DNA of 64,000 nucleotides from positions 81,342 through 145,341 of the forward strand of contig CAKVNM010000004.1 in NCBI GenBank assembly GCA_934777505.1, in the 5' to 3' direction. Under the pieces are notes generated by a model. That model had not been told where the DNA came from. It did not search any database and saw nothing but the letters and a program-made list of their open reading frames with translations. The position numbers were made by a program, and so were the translations under genes. The DNA is from an uncultured Clostridia bacterium. GTDB taxonomy: Bacteria; Bacillota; Clostridia; Christensenellales; UBA1242. Below are positions 10,623-21,338 of the stretch, piece by piece. Position 1 is the stretch's first letter. Every line of letters starts with the position of its first letter.

Positions 10623-11531
10623 ATGTATGACGCAAAAACTCTTAGCAATCTAACAATGCAAAAAAGAATAGAATGCGCAAAAAAAGTAAAGAGTCCAGAT
10701 TGTGCGTGGACAGACGATGGTAGAATTTTTATTCGCACAATCAGTGGAGAAAACAATACTTTTCTTGAACCATATCGTCATAACCACGAAGACTACGAAG
10801 TTATGATTCCGCTCACTCCAATTCCATGCTTGATTCAGTGTGATGAAGTTTGCTTTGGTGAAGTTGGTTATTGCTATCCAATAACTAGCAACAAATCGCA
10901 TGGCATAAATTGCAACCTTTTGGATTCAAAATATATTATTATCGTTGTAAAAAAAGAGTGGTACGAAAGCGTGATTAAAAATCTTGGCGTTCCAATCAAT
11001 CATGTTAGCAGATTTTTCTATTCCAACATTTTGAAAGACCTTGTTGAAATGTTTTACAGTTTATTCAAGCAAAATTTTGAGTTCAAGCAAATGGAACTTG
11101 GCACTTGTGCAGATTTTATCCTTGCCGAAATTTTGCGTCAAATCGTAATGGCTCAGCAAACTCCAATATATAAAACAAAAGAATATCACAAGGGTATTCA
11201 AAAGGTTGTGAATTACATTAACCAAAACTATACAAAAGAAATTTTGATTGACGACCTTGCGGAGATGAGTGGACTAAGCAAATTCTATTTTATTAGAAGT
11301 TTCAAGAAGTTCACAAGTGTAAGCCCAATCGACTATATTATTAAGATTAGAGTTTCACACGCAAAATTCTATCTTTCAACAACCGATTATAAAATTAAAG
11401 ATATTGCCACTTTGGTGGGCTTTAATAGTTCTTCGGCACTCATTCGTGCATTTAAAAAACAAATGCTTGTCACTCCAACTGAGTACATTGAGCAGTGCAA
11501 ACATATCGACCCAAAACAAAGCAAAAAGTAA
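10623..11531 (+). CDS. AraC/XylS family transcriptional regulator
   Basis: C-terminal double helix-turn-helix (LAEMSGLSKFYFIRSFKKFTSVSPIDYI ... IKDIATLVGFNSSSALIRAFKK). Start moved to ATG 10623, preceded by GGAGG. Confidence 0.8.
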   Translation: MYDAKTLSNLTMQKRIECAKKVKSPDCAWTDDGRIFIRTISGENNTFLEPYRHNHEDYEVMIPLTPIPCLIQCDEVCFGEVGYCYPITSNKSHGINCNLLDSKYIIIVVKKEWYESVIKNLGVPINHVSRFFYSNILKDLVEMFYSLFKQNFEFKQMELGTCADFILAEILRQIVMAQQTPIYKTKEYHKGIQKVVNYINQNYTKEILIDDLAEMSGLSKFYFIRSFKKFTSVSPIDYIIKIRVSHAKFYLSTTDYKIKDIATLVGFNSSSALIRAFKKQMLVTPTEYIEQCKHIDPKQSKK

Positions 11532-11841
11532 GAATTAAATCGCTTTTTTGAGTAAAAAAAACTATAAAATGTTTTTTATAAAATGCTAATTTTCTTTGAT
11601 AAATTACTTAAACTTGCATTGAATAAAGATGCAACTTGTCATATTAAAACACTAGACAATCTGGCGTTTTTTTGTGCAGAAAAAATATTTATCTTTCAAA
11701 GAAAACTTGATGAGATATTATCCTAATAATTTTTTGTGAACAAAATCGACAATTTTGCTATTTTAATTTATATTACCTTTTAAAATTGACAAAATATAAT
11801 TATATTGCTATACTATGCAAGTCTATTCTAAGGAGAAAAGT

Positions 11842-13578
11842 ATGAAAAAGAAGCAAGAAGTTAATGCTATGAAAAAAAGTCCAGTGCTATACATTGTCAT
11901 GCTACTAATTTGGACAGTATTAACGGTTTTTTTATGGATTAACTTTGTTAAAAGTTTTATTGATGTGCCTTTTGTTGAAGGTGCAACAATCACAACAGTT
12001 ATTCGTGTGCTAGCCACGATATTGCTAGTTTCTAATGCGCTGTTTATCTCTTATTTTTGGCTTAATGGCGTAAAAGATTTTATCTATGTTGTTTGGTATT
12101 TTTGCAACAAAAACAGACTCAACAAGCGTTACTACAAAATCATCAACACAGATGTTTCCAATGTTAACGATAGAATTTTGATGGTTTATTGCACTTGCAA
12201 CGATTTTGACGGCAATAGTTTGAAAAAATCCATGCAACAGACCTATAAAAATGTTAGAACCGTAATTTTGGACGACTCCAACAGCGAAGAATATAAGAAA
12301 ATGGTTGACGACTTTGGCAGGGAAAATAATGTTGAAGTTATTAGAAGGCCAGACCGTGTTGGATTTAAGGCAGGAAATATCAACCACTACTTGATGTCAA
12401 ACGAGGTTAAGGATGAAAACGGGAAGGGGTATGACTATGTCGTTATTTTGGATAGTGACGAAATCTTGCCTCACAACTACATCGTTGAGTCGCTAAAATA
12501 TTTTTATGCCTACGATAATATTGGCATTGTTCAAGCAAATCATATCTCAACCCGAAACCGCAACTTTTTTATGAAGTTGTTTCATATCGGCGTAAACTCT
12601 CACTGGCCAACTTATCAAACAATGAAGCACTTTTATGGCTTTTCGACCATGCTAGGTCATGGTGCGATGATAAAGCGTGATTGCTACGAAAAAGCGGGCG
12701 GTTTTCCAAACTTGGTTGCCGAAGACTTGTGCCTTTCTATCGAAGCAAGAAACGCTGGCTACTATGTTGCTTTTGCTCCAAATATCATTTGTCAGGAAGA
12801 ATACCCAATCGACTATGTTGCCTTTAAAAAGCGTCACTCAAAGTGGACACAAGGCAATCTTGAATTTATCAAAAAGTATACCAAAAAGATTGCAAAATCA
12901 AAGATGAAATGGTACGAAAAAATGGACATTGTTTTGTTCACTTACAACTTACCACTCACTGCGATATTTGCGTTCTATATCTTCCTAAACTTGATTTTTG
13001 CACCACTACTACACCTGAATTTAGGACAAGTTTATTCTCTGTGGATGGTCGTGCCGACAATCATATTCTTCTTTTCTCCAATGCTCAACGACTTTATCAC
13101 ATGGGCGTTTAAAATCAATCCATTTAGATATCTTTTATACTTTGTTTGCGTTATTATTTTGTATGGTTCAATGCTTACGACTTCACTTATCAGTGCCTTG
13201 CTTGGAATGTGTGGCAAGAAAGCAAAATTCATTGTTACGCCAAAAACTTCCAGCAAAATGACTCTTGGATTTGCACTCAAATTCCAGTGGAAAGAATTTT
13301 TGTTTTCGACAATTTTGCTTGTTGTGTCAATTCTGTTCACAAGGAGCATCTTGCCAGTAATTTTGATTATTCTAACAGGCTATATGTCGTTTATTCTAAT
13401 CTTCTTTTCAAACAAAAAGTACAACGCCGAACAAGTCAAAAAGATTGACGAGCAAACCGCAAAAGTTTCACTCGCAATCAACAAGGTTTACGAATATAAC
13501 TCCAAGCACGATGACCCAATTCAAAGCCGTCCGGTGCTTGACGACCTAGACCTTGATGAGCAAGAGAATACGCTTTAA
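11842..13578 (+). CDS. membrane-embedded family 2 glycosyltransferase, OpgH/MdoH-like glucan synthase type
   Basis: DDS and DSD motifs, RRPDRVGFKAGNINHY (OpgH-like R..N.G.KAGN), EDLCLS, KWTQGNLEF (QxxRW-like), N- and C-terminal TM helices. ATG 11842 with AAGGAG RBS. Confidence 0.75.
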   Translation: MKKKQEVNAMKKSPVLYIVMLLIWTVLTVFLWINFVKSFIDVPFVEGATITTVIRVLATILLVSNALFISYFWLNGVKDFIYVVWYFCNKNRLNKRYYKIINTDVSNVNDRILMVYCTCNDFDGNSLKKSMQQTYKNVRTVILDDSNSEEYKKMVDDFGRENNVEVIRRPDRVGFKAGNINHYLMSNEVKDENGKGYDYVVILDSDEILPHNYIVESLKYFYAYDNIGIVQANHISTRNRNFFMKLFHIGVNSHWPTYQTMKHFYGFSTMLGHGAMIKRDCYEKAGGFPNLVAEDLCLSIEARNAGYYVAFAPNIICQEEYPIDYVAFKKRHSKWTQGNLEFIKKYTKKIAKSKMKWYEKMDIVLFTYNLPLTAIFAFYIFLNLIFAPLLHLNLGQVYSLWMVVPTIIFFFSPMLNDFITWAFKINPFRYLLYFVCVIILYGSMLTTSLISALLGMCGKKAKFIVTPKTSSKMTLGFALKFQWKEFLFSTILLVVSILFTRSILPVILIILTGYMSFILIFFSNKKYNAEQVKKIDEQTAKVSLAINKVYEYNSKHDDPIQSRPVLDDLDLDEQENTL

Positions 13579-13586
13579 CATTAAAG

Positions 13587-13611
13587 AAACTCCATTTTTG
13601 GAGTTTTTTTG
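13587..13611 (+). terminator. rho-independent terminator
   Basis: AAACTCCA-TTTT-TGGAGTTT followed by a T-run. Confidence 0.7.
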
Positions 13612-14084
13612 TTGAAAAAATGCAAAAATTATATGTTTTTTGTGCTTTTTTTAAAAAGATTGTTAGGTTTTAATAAATATAACCTAAATTGATTGTATAT
13701 CTAAAATTGCTTAATAAGGCATTTTTTATGTTATCTTTATGATTAAATATGTTTTGGAAATTGTTTTTTTGAATAACAAAAAATGCAGTGTGGTCACGCT
13801 TTTATGATATTCAAATTTAGGAATTAGCATAAAATCACTCGTGGTGGAACTGCAAGCAACACTACAGAAAATAATAGCATGGAGTTTTGTAATACTTTTG
13901 CAAATTGCTTTCAAATTAAAATATTTGGAATGTTAAACTAACAAAGTTAGAACAATTTTTTTGCATTTTATTTTATCAAATTTGATTGTAGTTTCTATTT
14001 TTTTCATGCAACATTTAGTACTGAGTGTCACAATTTTCTCGATAAAAATATTATGTATTATATTTTATTTTCAGGAGAAATTAT

Positions 14085-14876
14085 ATGATTTTTAGAAGTT
14101 GTTGTGACGACCAAAATTTAGAACCACGCAGATATCAAAGCATAGGCTACAAAGTGTTTCAAATGCTTCAAGGTCCAACTGGTGCAACTGGTCCAGTGGG
14201 AGAAAAAGGAGAGCGTGGTGATAAAGGCGAAACTGGCCCAATAGGTTTGCAGGGCGAAGTTGGTCCTATTGGTGCAACTGGTCCAAAAGGAGATAAAGGC
14301 GACATCGGTCCAGCGGGCGAGCGTGGAGAAAAGGGCGAAAAAGGAGATAAAGGTGACGCTGGTGAGAAGGGTGAAAAAGGCGACACTGGCGAAAAGGGAG
14401 AAGTTGGAGAGAAAGGTGAGAAGGGCGAACAAGGTGAAGTTGGACCAAGAGGAGATAAAGGCGAAAAGGGCGATGCTGGAACAACATATAATCAAAATGC
14501 AACAATTCTTAGCATGGCAAGTCAGCAACTCACGCTTGGCACACCGCTCACACTTTCCACAATTTTAACAAACAACGGACTTGTTTTGAGCAACACAGCA
14601 ATCATTGTGCCAGCAACTGGAACATACATTGTCACATTTTATGTTAACCGAACAACTGGCGCAGCGGGAACGGACGGCATTGCAATCGCCATTGACGACC
14701 AAGTGGATTCCAACACATCAAGACCGCTCAGTGACGATTCAACTTCGAGTGGTTACTTTGTTATGAACCTTGACGAAGGCAATGCAATCTCCATTGTTCC
14801 TGTCATTATTAATGCCCAGCGAATCAATGCCAACGGCGGGTCAAGTGCCACCTTAACCGTAATACGAATTGCTTAA
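14085..14876 (+). CDS. collagen-like triple-helix repeat protein with BclA/C1q-like C-terminal domain
   Basis: About 100 codons of uninterrupted G-X-Y triplets (about 14170-14480), then a ~130-aa beta-rich C-terminal domain. AGGAG RBS 8 nt upstream. Confidence 0.8.
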   Translation: MIFRSCCDDQNLEPRRYQSIGYKVFQMLQGPTGATGPVGEKGERGDKGETGPIGLQGEVGPIGATGPKGDKGDIGPAGERGEKGEKGDKGDAGEKGEKGDTGEKGEVGEKGEKGEQGEVGPRGDKGEKGDAGTTYNQNATILSMASQQLTLGTPLTLSTILTNNGLVLSNTAIIVPATGTYIVTFYVNRTTGAAGTDGIAIAIDDQVDSNTSRPLSDDSTSSGYFVMNLDEGNAISIVPVIINAQRINANGGSSATLTVIRIA

Positions 14877-14904
14877 AATTTTAAGAAAATCACAAAAAAC
14901 GCAG

Positions 14905-14941
14905 AAAAAACTCAAAAAAACATCATATTTTTGAGTTTTTT
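14905..14941 (+). terminator. rho-independent terminator
   Basis: AAAAAACTCAAAAA ... TTTTTGAGTTTTTT hairpin. Confidence 0.7.
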
Positions 14942-15173
14942 GTGTAAATGCAATATTTTTTTCTAATTTTTAATATTGCATTATCTTAATTAAATTTCGA
15001 AAATTATTTAGTAAAATTAAACTTCACTCTTTATAAAATTTAGCATTTTTCTATTTTTATATCTAACAAGCCTAGTATTAAAAAACAAATCAATCTTAAA
15101 ACAAAACGCTATGAAATTCTTAATGGTAAAGGTATAATAATAAAAGCAAAAAGATATTAAGTTGGAGTTTTTT

Positions 15174-16112
15174 ATGATACTGAGCGTTTCAAGAAGAACG
15201 GATATTCCTGCGTTTTATAGTAATTGGTTTTTTAAGTGCTTGGAAGATGGTTTTGTATTAGTCCCAAATCCAATAAATCCTAAAAAGATTGCTAAAATAC
15301 CGCTTAAAAAGTTCGAGATAAAAAATGTTTTTACTAATTTGGTTGGAGATAAAAGTATTCAAACCGAAGGGAATATTGAAGGCATAGTTTTTTGGTCTAA
15401 AAATCCAAAGCCCATGCTTGAACAAATTGATAAGTTAAACGATTTTGTTTTCTACTTTCTTTACACTTTAAATCCTTATCCAAATTGGATAGAAGGTGGA
15501 CTTCCACCACTTGAAGAAAGAATTAAAACATTTAAGGAACTCACAAAACATTGCCCAGTTATTTGGAGATACGACCCAATTTTACTAGCGAACGGTATAG
15601 ATATAGATTGGCACATAAAAAATTTTAAATATTTGTGTGAAAGTTTAAAAGGCTACACAAATCATTGCAAAGTCAGTTTTGTTATAGAAACCTACTCAGG
15701 CTGTTCCAAAAGTGTTCATGCTCCAAGCGAAAGCGAGAAAAATATTTTGATGGGAAAATTTTCTAAAATCGCAAAAGAAAACGGCATACAAATTGAATCG
15801 TGTGCAGAGAGTGGTGATTGGTCAAAATTTGGAATTGTTCCAAGCAAATGTATTGACGGAGAAATTTTTGAAAATTTGCTCACAAAGAAGTATCAAAATC
15901 AAGGATTGACATTTAAAAGAAAGAACAATAAAATTGACGGACAAAGAAAAAATTGTGGCTGTATGCCGGCAGTAGACATTGGCAGGTATGATACTTGCAA
16001 TCACAACTGTAATTATTGCTATGCTCGAAAAAGCAAGCACTCGTCAATGTATGATATTCCACAAGGCGAAATTTACGACAGAAAAACGGAACTCGAATTT
16101 GAAGTGTTTTAA
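15174..16112 (+). CDS. DUF1848 domain protein (Cys-rich, radical-SAM-like C-terminus)
   Basis: N-terminal ILSVSRRTDIPAFYSNWF and C-terminal CGCMPAVDIGRYDTCNHNCNYCYA are characteristic of DUF1848. ATG 15174 with GGAG RBS. Confidence 0.8.
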   Translation: MILSVSRRTDIPAFYSNWFFKCLEDGFVLVPNPINPKKIAKIPLKKFEIKNVFTNLVGDKSIQTEGNIEGIVFWSKNPKPMLEQIDKLNDFVFYFLYTLNPYPNWIEGGLPPLEERIKTFKELTKHCPVIWRYDPILLANGIDIDWHIKNFKYLCESLKGYTNHCKVSFVIETYSGCSKSVHAPSESEKNILMGKFSKIAKENGIQIESCAESGDWSKFGIVPSKCIDGEIFENLLTKKYQNQGLTFKRKNNKIDGQRKNCGCMPAVDIGRYDTCNHNCNYCYARKSKHSSMYDIPQGEIYDRKTELEFEVF

Positions 16113-16398
16113 AAGTGTTTCGATAATTTTGGAAATAATATGAAGAAATAAAAAAAGATTTGTGAAAAACTAAGTTGTTCTAACTAATTTGTTAAAGCAT
16201 ATCTTAAAGTCATCATTGGCTCATGCGAAGGGATTTGTTTTCCTTCGTTTTTTATTAGTGAAATTGGTGTTTTAACCTTAAAACTATTTGTGTTAATATT
16301 CTTTGTTTTACAATAGTAAAATGTAGAGTTGAGAAGATCTAAATATTGACTATTGTGATTAATTGTGATATATTAAAGGTAGAAAAAAGGGAGATTTT

Positions 16399-16479
16399 AT
16401 GGATATTCTATCTTTTAAAAATAAAAGCAATTTGGATTGTTTAAAATGCTTTAACAAACAACTTTCTAGCAATATTTAA
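16399..16479 (+). CDS. possible 26-aa micro-ORF (MDILSFKNKSNLDCLKCFNKQLSSNI) coupled to the next gene
   Basis: AAGGGAG RBS 7 nt upstream. Its TAA stop lies 3 nt before ATG 16483. Confidence 0.3.
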   Translation: MDILSFKNKSNLDCLKCFNKQLSSNI

Positions 16480-16482
16480 GAA

Positions 16483-17208
16483 ATGAACGCATTTGGATTA
16501 AGTAAATTATATAAAGAATTAAAGGCGCAGAGAGAAAATTTTAAAGCGTTTCTTGATGGTTTTGATCCTTTTGATGACAAAGAATTTTTACGTCGTTTGC
16601 AGGAATTTTATTCTTGGCACGCAGAAAAATTGTTGATAGAGTACAATTCTAATGTAAAAATAAAAAATAAGAAAAAGGTTGTCGTAAAAACGAACGATTA
16701 CTATCCTTTTTTGAATCAAGAAGGCAGTGGTAGAGATTTTAGTTACTGGACAGAGTGGTATCCAAGGAATTATGAAATTTTGTGCGATAAGTCCTTTAAA
16801 TTTGAAAAAAGAATATACACAAAGCAAGAATTAAGCGAGTTATGCAAACAGGACAAAATTATTGTTTTGAACAGAAATAAGGTAGATTTTTCTAACGAAG
16901 TTGATGTGGATATTGCTTCAACTGCCGTAAAAGAATTGAGTAAAGTGCCATTGAACAAATACGAACTTCCTTTATGTTTTCAAAATAAGGGAATGCTCTC
17001 AAAAAAAGAAATTGATGATGTTTACAAAGATAGTTCTAAAATATTAAAAATCATTCGCAAAGACATTAGTAAAGAACAAGCCAAGCAAGATTACATTTTA
17101 CTTTGCGATGAAACAAGAAAATATCAAACCCAAATTTTATCTAAGTTGAAAGCAATTAAAGATAGAAAGAGCAAATTTGAAGAAACCGAATTTGATGAAT
17201 TATATTAA
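16483..17208 (+). CDS. hypothetical protein (241 aa)
   Basis: Complete ORF with no motif I recognise. Confidence 0.5.
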   Translation: MNAFGLSKLYKELKAQRENFKAFLDGFDPFDDKEFLRRLQEFYSWHAEKLLIEYNSNVKIKNKKKVVVKTNDYYPFLNQEGSGRDFSYWTEWYPRNYEILCDKSFKFEKRIYTKQELSELCKQDKIIVLNRNKVDFSNEVDVDIASTAVKELSKVPLNKYELPLCFQNKGMLSKKEIDDVYKDSSKILKIIRKDISKEQAKQDYILLCDETRKYQTQILSKLKAIKDRKSKFEETEFDELY

Positions 17209-17563
17209 TCTTTATTTAAAACAGTTTCAAATCAAATTGGTGAATTAAAAATAATAAAATTTCTAAGTTTTAAATCATAAAACAGCGTGGCAAGAAATAT
17301 CAAAGCAAGAATTGTAAAAAGGTTAGATAAGTTTAAAAGTGCAGATACCTTAATGGGTAAAAAAGAAGACTAATTATGTCTTCTTTTTATATGTAAAAAT
17401 TGGAAAGGCTAAATGCTATTAGATTATAAAGATTGAGAAGAAATTTTAGGCAAAGATACAATACTGCTATCGTGTGGACGATGAGGCCTACTTGCAAAAC
17501 TCTAATCGAATATTTTTATACAGATATTGTAATAGTTATATACTTTGCATTAAGGAGTTATTA

Positions 17564-18155
17564 TGGATATAAAGAAATTTATTGTTCCTAGAATATTAAA
17601 AAATACCAACCAAAATTGCGAATGTGGAGACATATAATTTAGAACACAAGATTTAATTTATATAGATCTTAAATTAGAAGTTGAAAACATTTCTAACGAT
17701 AAGAAAATATAGGGACAGCAGGAACGGACGGTAAAAAAGTAGTTTATTCGCCAGAGTTTGTTGAAAAACTATGCTATGATGAAAAAGTTTGTTTGTTCTC
17801 TCACGAGATTATGCATGACGCTTTTGACCATATTATGAGAAGTAAAGATAAGGACCCAGAACTTTGGAATATAGCGACTGACGTAGTTATTAACCAAATG
17901 CTTAAAGCGGCGTGTCTACCGTGAATAGAAGGCGGTATTGATATGCCGCAAACCACTAATAAATCCGCTGAGGAAATGTATGAGATTTTAAAAGAGAAAA
18001 AACAACAAAATCAGCAAAACGAAACGAACAAAAATAATGATAACAAAAAACAAGAATGTCAACAAAGCAAAGCTGTTGACCAACATAAGATGTGGGAAGA
18101 AGCTGTGCGTCGCGCTGAAAGAGAACAACAAAAATCGAAATTAATATTGATTTAA
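17564..18155 (+). pseudogene. decayed DUF2201-type putative metallopeptidase (VWA/MoxR-associated family) remnant
   Basis: GTAGTDGKKVVYSPEF...FSHEIMHDAFDHIMR...WNIATDVVINQML recognisable from 17712. The N-terminal part is in another frame (frameshift near 17700). In-frame TGA at 17923-17925. Truncated C-terminus. Confidence 0.5.
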
Positions 18156-18555
18156 GCACCGAGCTAGAGTTTTATCATAAAAATTTTGAAATATTAAGTG
18201 TCAAGTCTATTATTAAATTTAGAGTTACAAAAATAAAAACCACTGATTATGACGATGAAGACGCAGACAATGTTATACCTTTTCAGGTAGCCTATGCAAC
18301 ATCAATACATAAATCGCAAGGCTTAGAATATGATTCTGTTAAATCGTAATCACCCACGATGTCGAAGAAAAAATATCTCATAATGTTTTTTATACAGCGA
18401 TAACTAGGACAAAAAGACTTTTGAAAATTTATTGGACACCAGAGACTGAAAAAGCAACAATTGCAAAATTTAAAACAACATTTAATGTTAGAGACGCAAA
18501 ATTGTTAGCCAATAAATATAATTTGAAATTTTATAAATGTAATGACATAAAATAA
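18155..18555 (+). pseudogene. C-terminal remnant of a RecD/Pif1-like SF1 helicase, frameshifted
   Basis: AYATSIHKSQGLEYDSVK, then a 1-nt frameshift at about 18345, continuing VITHDVEE...FYTAITRTKRLLKIYW. No N-terminal ATPase part is present. Confidence 0.55.
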
Positions 18556-18843
18556 CAAAAATATTTGTATATTTTTGCGAAAGATGTTGAAAATGTCGAG
18601 TAATGTCGAACTAGGTGGGGTGGATTGAAATATAGTGTTGCAGAATTGATAGTTTTTTCTGTGATTTACTTGTGCAAATAGGTAAATATTTGACTTGATT
18701 TTGACTGCGGGGATATACTAAATCCGTATGGTTTTTGCTTAGTTTGTCAAGAAAAATTGCAGTTTAAAACAAAAAGGCTTGATAAATTTTGTCGAAAAAT
18801 GTAAAATATATTTTAGAAAAAATATAATTTTAGGTTTGAAAAG

Positions 18844-19698
18844 ATGAAGTATTTACGGAAGATAATCATAGGAGTAGTAATTGTTGCGGTTTCAATAACG
18901 GGCATGGTTTTAATCAAAAATGGCATACGAAAAGACGCCACAATTAGCATTGACCAAAACAGCCTAACGCTCACAATTCACGACAAAGTTGACATCAACA
19001 AAGCCTGCGGGATTAGAGTTGAAAACACCAATCAAAGTCCGTTTTACACCAGCGGAAATGTTAGCCTTGTAAAAATTGACCCAACCACCGGTGTGATTGA
19101 ATGTTTGGCGAGCGGTCAAGCGGTCGTTTCCGTAAATGTCAGGGTGGACGAAGACACCTTGATTCGTGAAGATATCGACATAACAATTTTGGACGAAACG
19201 GTTTTTGCAACCAACGCTGTGATTGAAAAAGAAACTGTTACTTTGACTAAAAATTCGACCACAACAAACCAACTTTCGCATAACGGAAGCAATCTGGAAA
19301 TTTTGGTTAGATATGAAAACTCGCTCGTTACATATGACCCAAAAACAGGTGTGATTACAAGCGGAAACACTGCTGGAACGGACACAGTTTTTGTGTATGT
19401 TCCAAAAAACGAAAAGGAATATTTTACTCTAAGTTTTACAGTTGAAGTTTGTGACGATGCAACCACAATTAGTAAAACGATTAGCCTAAATTCCACCACA
19501 AAAATTGATTTTGGCGATGAGATAATGGCAGAATTTATTCCAAATATGAACGATGTTTCGGTGTTAGACGACAGCGTTTTGACCGTGCTAGATTTTGATT
19601 GTAGTTTTCTAATCGTCAACGCCAAAAAGGTTGGTACAACAACGATTACGATTAGAAATAACGCCATTAATGTGGTAATCGTTGTAAGTGTTGTATAA
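18844..19698 (+). CDS. membrane-anchored surface protein with bacterial Ig-like (Big_2-type) domains
   Basis: N-terminal TM anchor IIIGVVIVAVSITGMVLI. Repeated TGVI.....G.A.V.V beta-sandwich motifs. Confidence 0.65.
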   Translation: MKYLRKIIIGVVIVAVSITGMVLIKNGIRKDATISIDQNSLTLTIHDKVDINKACGIRVENTNQSPFYTSGNVSLVKIDPTTGVIECLASGQAVVSVNVRVDEDTLIREDIDITILDETVFATNAVIEKETVTLTKNSTTTNQLSHNGSNLEILVRYENSLVTYDPKTGVITSGNTAGTDTVFVYVPKNEKEYFTLSFTVEVCDDATTISKTISLNSTTKIDFGDEIMAEFIPNMNDVSVLDDSVLTVLDFDCSFLIVNAKKVGTTTITIRNNAINVVIVVSVV

Positions 19699-19828
19699 AT
19701 TCTGCTAATAAATAAAAGAACATTTAAATATTGATTAATTCATAAAACAAACAAAAATAACAATTATTTTATATCAATAAGTTTCAAAAAAAGTTAGGGA
19801 ATAATCTCTAACTTTTTTGATATATATA

Positions 19829-21121
19829 TTACTTTTTGATTGGCTTGATAACTGTCTGTCCGCCCATAAATGGAACAAGAACATCAGGAATCTTGATTGA
19901 GCCGTCTTTTTGTTGATATTGTTCAACAATGGCAGGAATAACACGACTTGTTGCGAGTCCACTACCATTGAGTGTGTGAACGAACTCGTTTTTGTTTGTT
20001 GCAAGGTTTTTGAATTTTGTGTTGTTACGGCGTGCTTGATAATCTCTTGCGTTGGAAACAGAAGAAACTTCTTTGTAGATGTTCATGCTTGGAATCCAAA
20101 CTTCAATGTCGTATGTTCTAGCCATACTAGCAGAGCAGTCGCCAGCAGCAAGTTTGCTTGTTCTGTGGTGAAGACCAAGTTTTTCAACAAGGCGTTGAGC
20201 CTTTGCAACCATTTCTTCAAAACTCTTGTCGCTTTCTTGTGGTTTTGCGTATTGCACCATTTCGATTTTGTTGAATTGATGACCACGAACCATGCCACGC
20301 TCTTCGGAGCGGTAACTTCCTGCTTCCTTACGATAGCAAGGAGTGTAGGCAAAGAATTTTTTTGGAAGTTCGCTTTCGCTCAAAACTTCACCAGCGTATA
20401 GATTAACAAGTGCGGTTTCTGCTGTTGGAAGAAGGAATTTTTTGTCTGGGTCGCCGTTTTCGTCAATAACCCAGTAAACTTCGTCCTTGAATTTTGGGAA
20501 TTGTCCTGCGCCAAATCCGCAACTATAATTTAGTTGGTGTGGAGGCAAGATAAATTCGTAGCCGTCATTAAGGTGTTCGCTAACAAAAAAGTTGAGTAAC
20601 GCCCATTCTAGTCTTGCACCAACGCCAGTGTAAATCCAGTAGCCGTTGCCACTAAGTTTTGCACCACGCTTGTAGTCGATAATGCCACAACTTTCACAAA
20701 GTTCAACATGGTTTTTTGGTTCAAAATCAAACACTGGTTTTTCGCCAAAGATTTTGATAACTTTGTTGTTTTCTTTTTCGCCAGCAAGCAAATCTTCGTC
20801 TGGAATATTTGGTAAACCAGCAATAAAATCAAAGTTTGCTTGTTGCAACTGTTTTAGTCTTTCATCGTTGGCGGAAATTTTTTCGCCAAGTTCTTTTGTT
20901 TTTGCGATGATTTGACTAGCGTCTAGTCCTTGTTTTTTCAACTTAGCAACTTCTGCACTTGCTTGATTTCTTTTTGCTTTTAGTTCGTTTGTTGCTTGTT
21001 CAAGTTCTTTTTCTTGTCTGTCGGCAATCAAGAACTCGTCAAAACTAACATTACAACCTTTTCTTGCCAAAAGTTCTTCAACTTTTTTTGGCTCTTTTCT
21101 AATTAAGTTAATGTCTAACAT
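19829..21121 (-). CDS. serS: serine--tRNA ligase
   Basis: N-terminal coiled-coil arm plus class II core (TAETALVNLY, FAYTPCYRKEAGS, GSGLATSRV). Confidence 0.97.
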   Translation of the reverse strand: MLDINLIRKEPKKVEELLARKGCNVSFDEFLIADRQEKELEQATNELKAKRNQASAEVAKLKKQGLDASQIIAKTKELGEKISANDERLKQLQQANFDFIAGLPNIPDEDLLAGEKENNKVIKIFGEKPVFDFEPKNHVELCESCGIIDYKRGAKLSGNGYWIYTGVGARLEWALLNFFVSEHLNDGYEFILPPHQLNYSCGFGAGQFPKFKDEVYWVIDENGDPDKKFLLPTAETALVNLYAGEVLSESELPKKFFAYTPCYRKEAGSYRSEERGMVRGHQFNKIEMVQYAKPQESDKSFEEMVAKAQRLVEKLGLHHRTSKLAAGDCSASMARTYDIEVWIPSMNIYKEVSSVSNARDYQARRNNTKFKNLATNKNEFVHTLNGSGLATSRVIPAIVEQYQQKDGSIKIPDVLVPFMGGQTVIKPIKK

Positions 21122-21338
21122 TTCTGCTTACTTCCTTTGAATTAATAATCACCCTTAATTATATTTTTTAGTACAAAAATTGTCAAACAATTTGGCTCTA
21201 TTCGTATTTTAACTTGTATCTAGTGTGTGATGAGTCTAAACGCCGAAACCTATAAAAATTGCCTTAACAATTTTGGCGTTACTTGTTTTGTTTGAAAGTT
21301 CGACTTTGTGTGATATAATTTTTTGTAGGAGAAATAGT

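Noticed and set aside
14118-14568. Several ORFs on both strands inside the collagen-like gene
   Set aside because: They are artefacts of the GGN-rich triplet periodicity. Only the G-X-Y frame has an RBS and a sensible C-terminal domain.
19116-19667. 183-aa ORF antisense to the Big_2 surface protein gene
   Set aside because: No RBS and low-complexity Ser/Val/Thr content mirroring the sense strand. The sense ORF has a TM anchor and Ig-like repeats.
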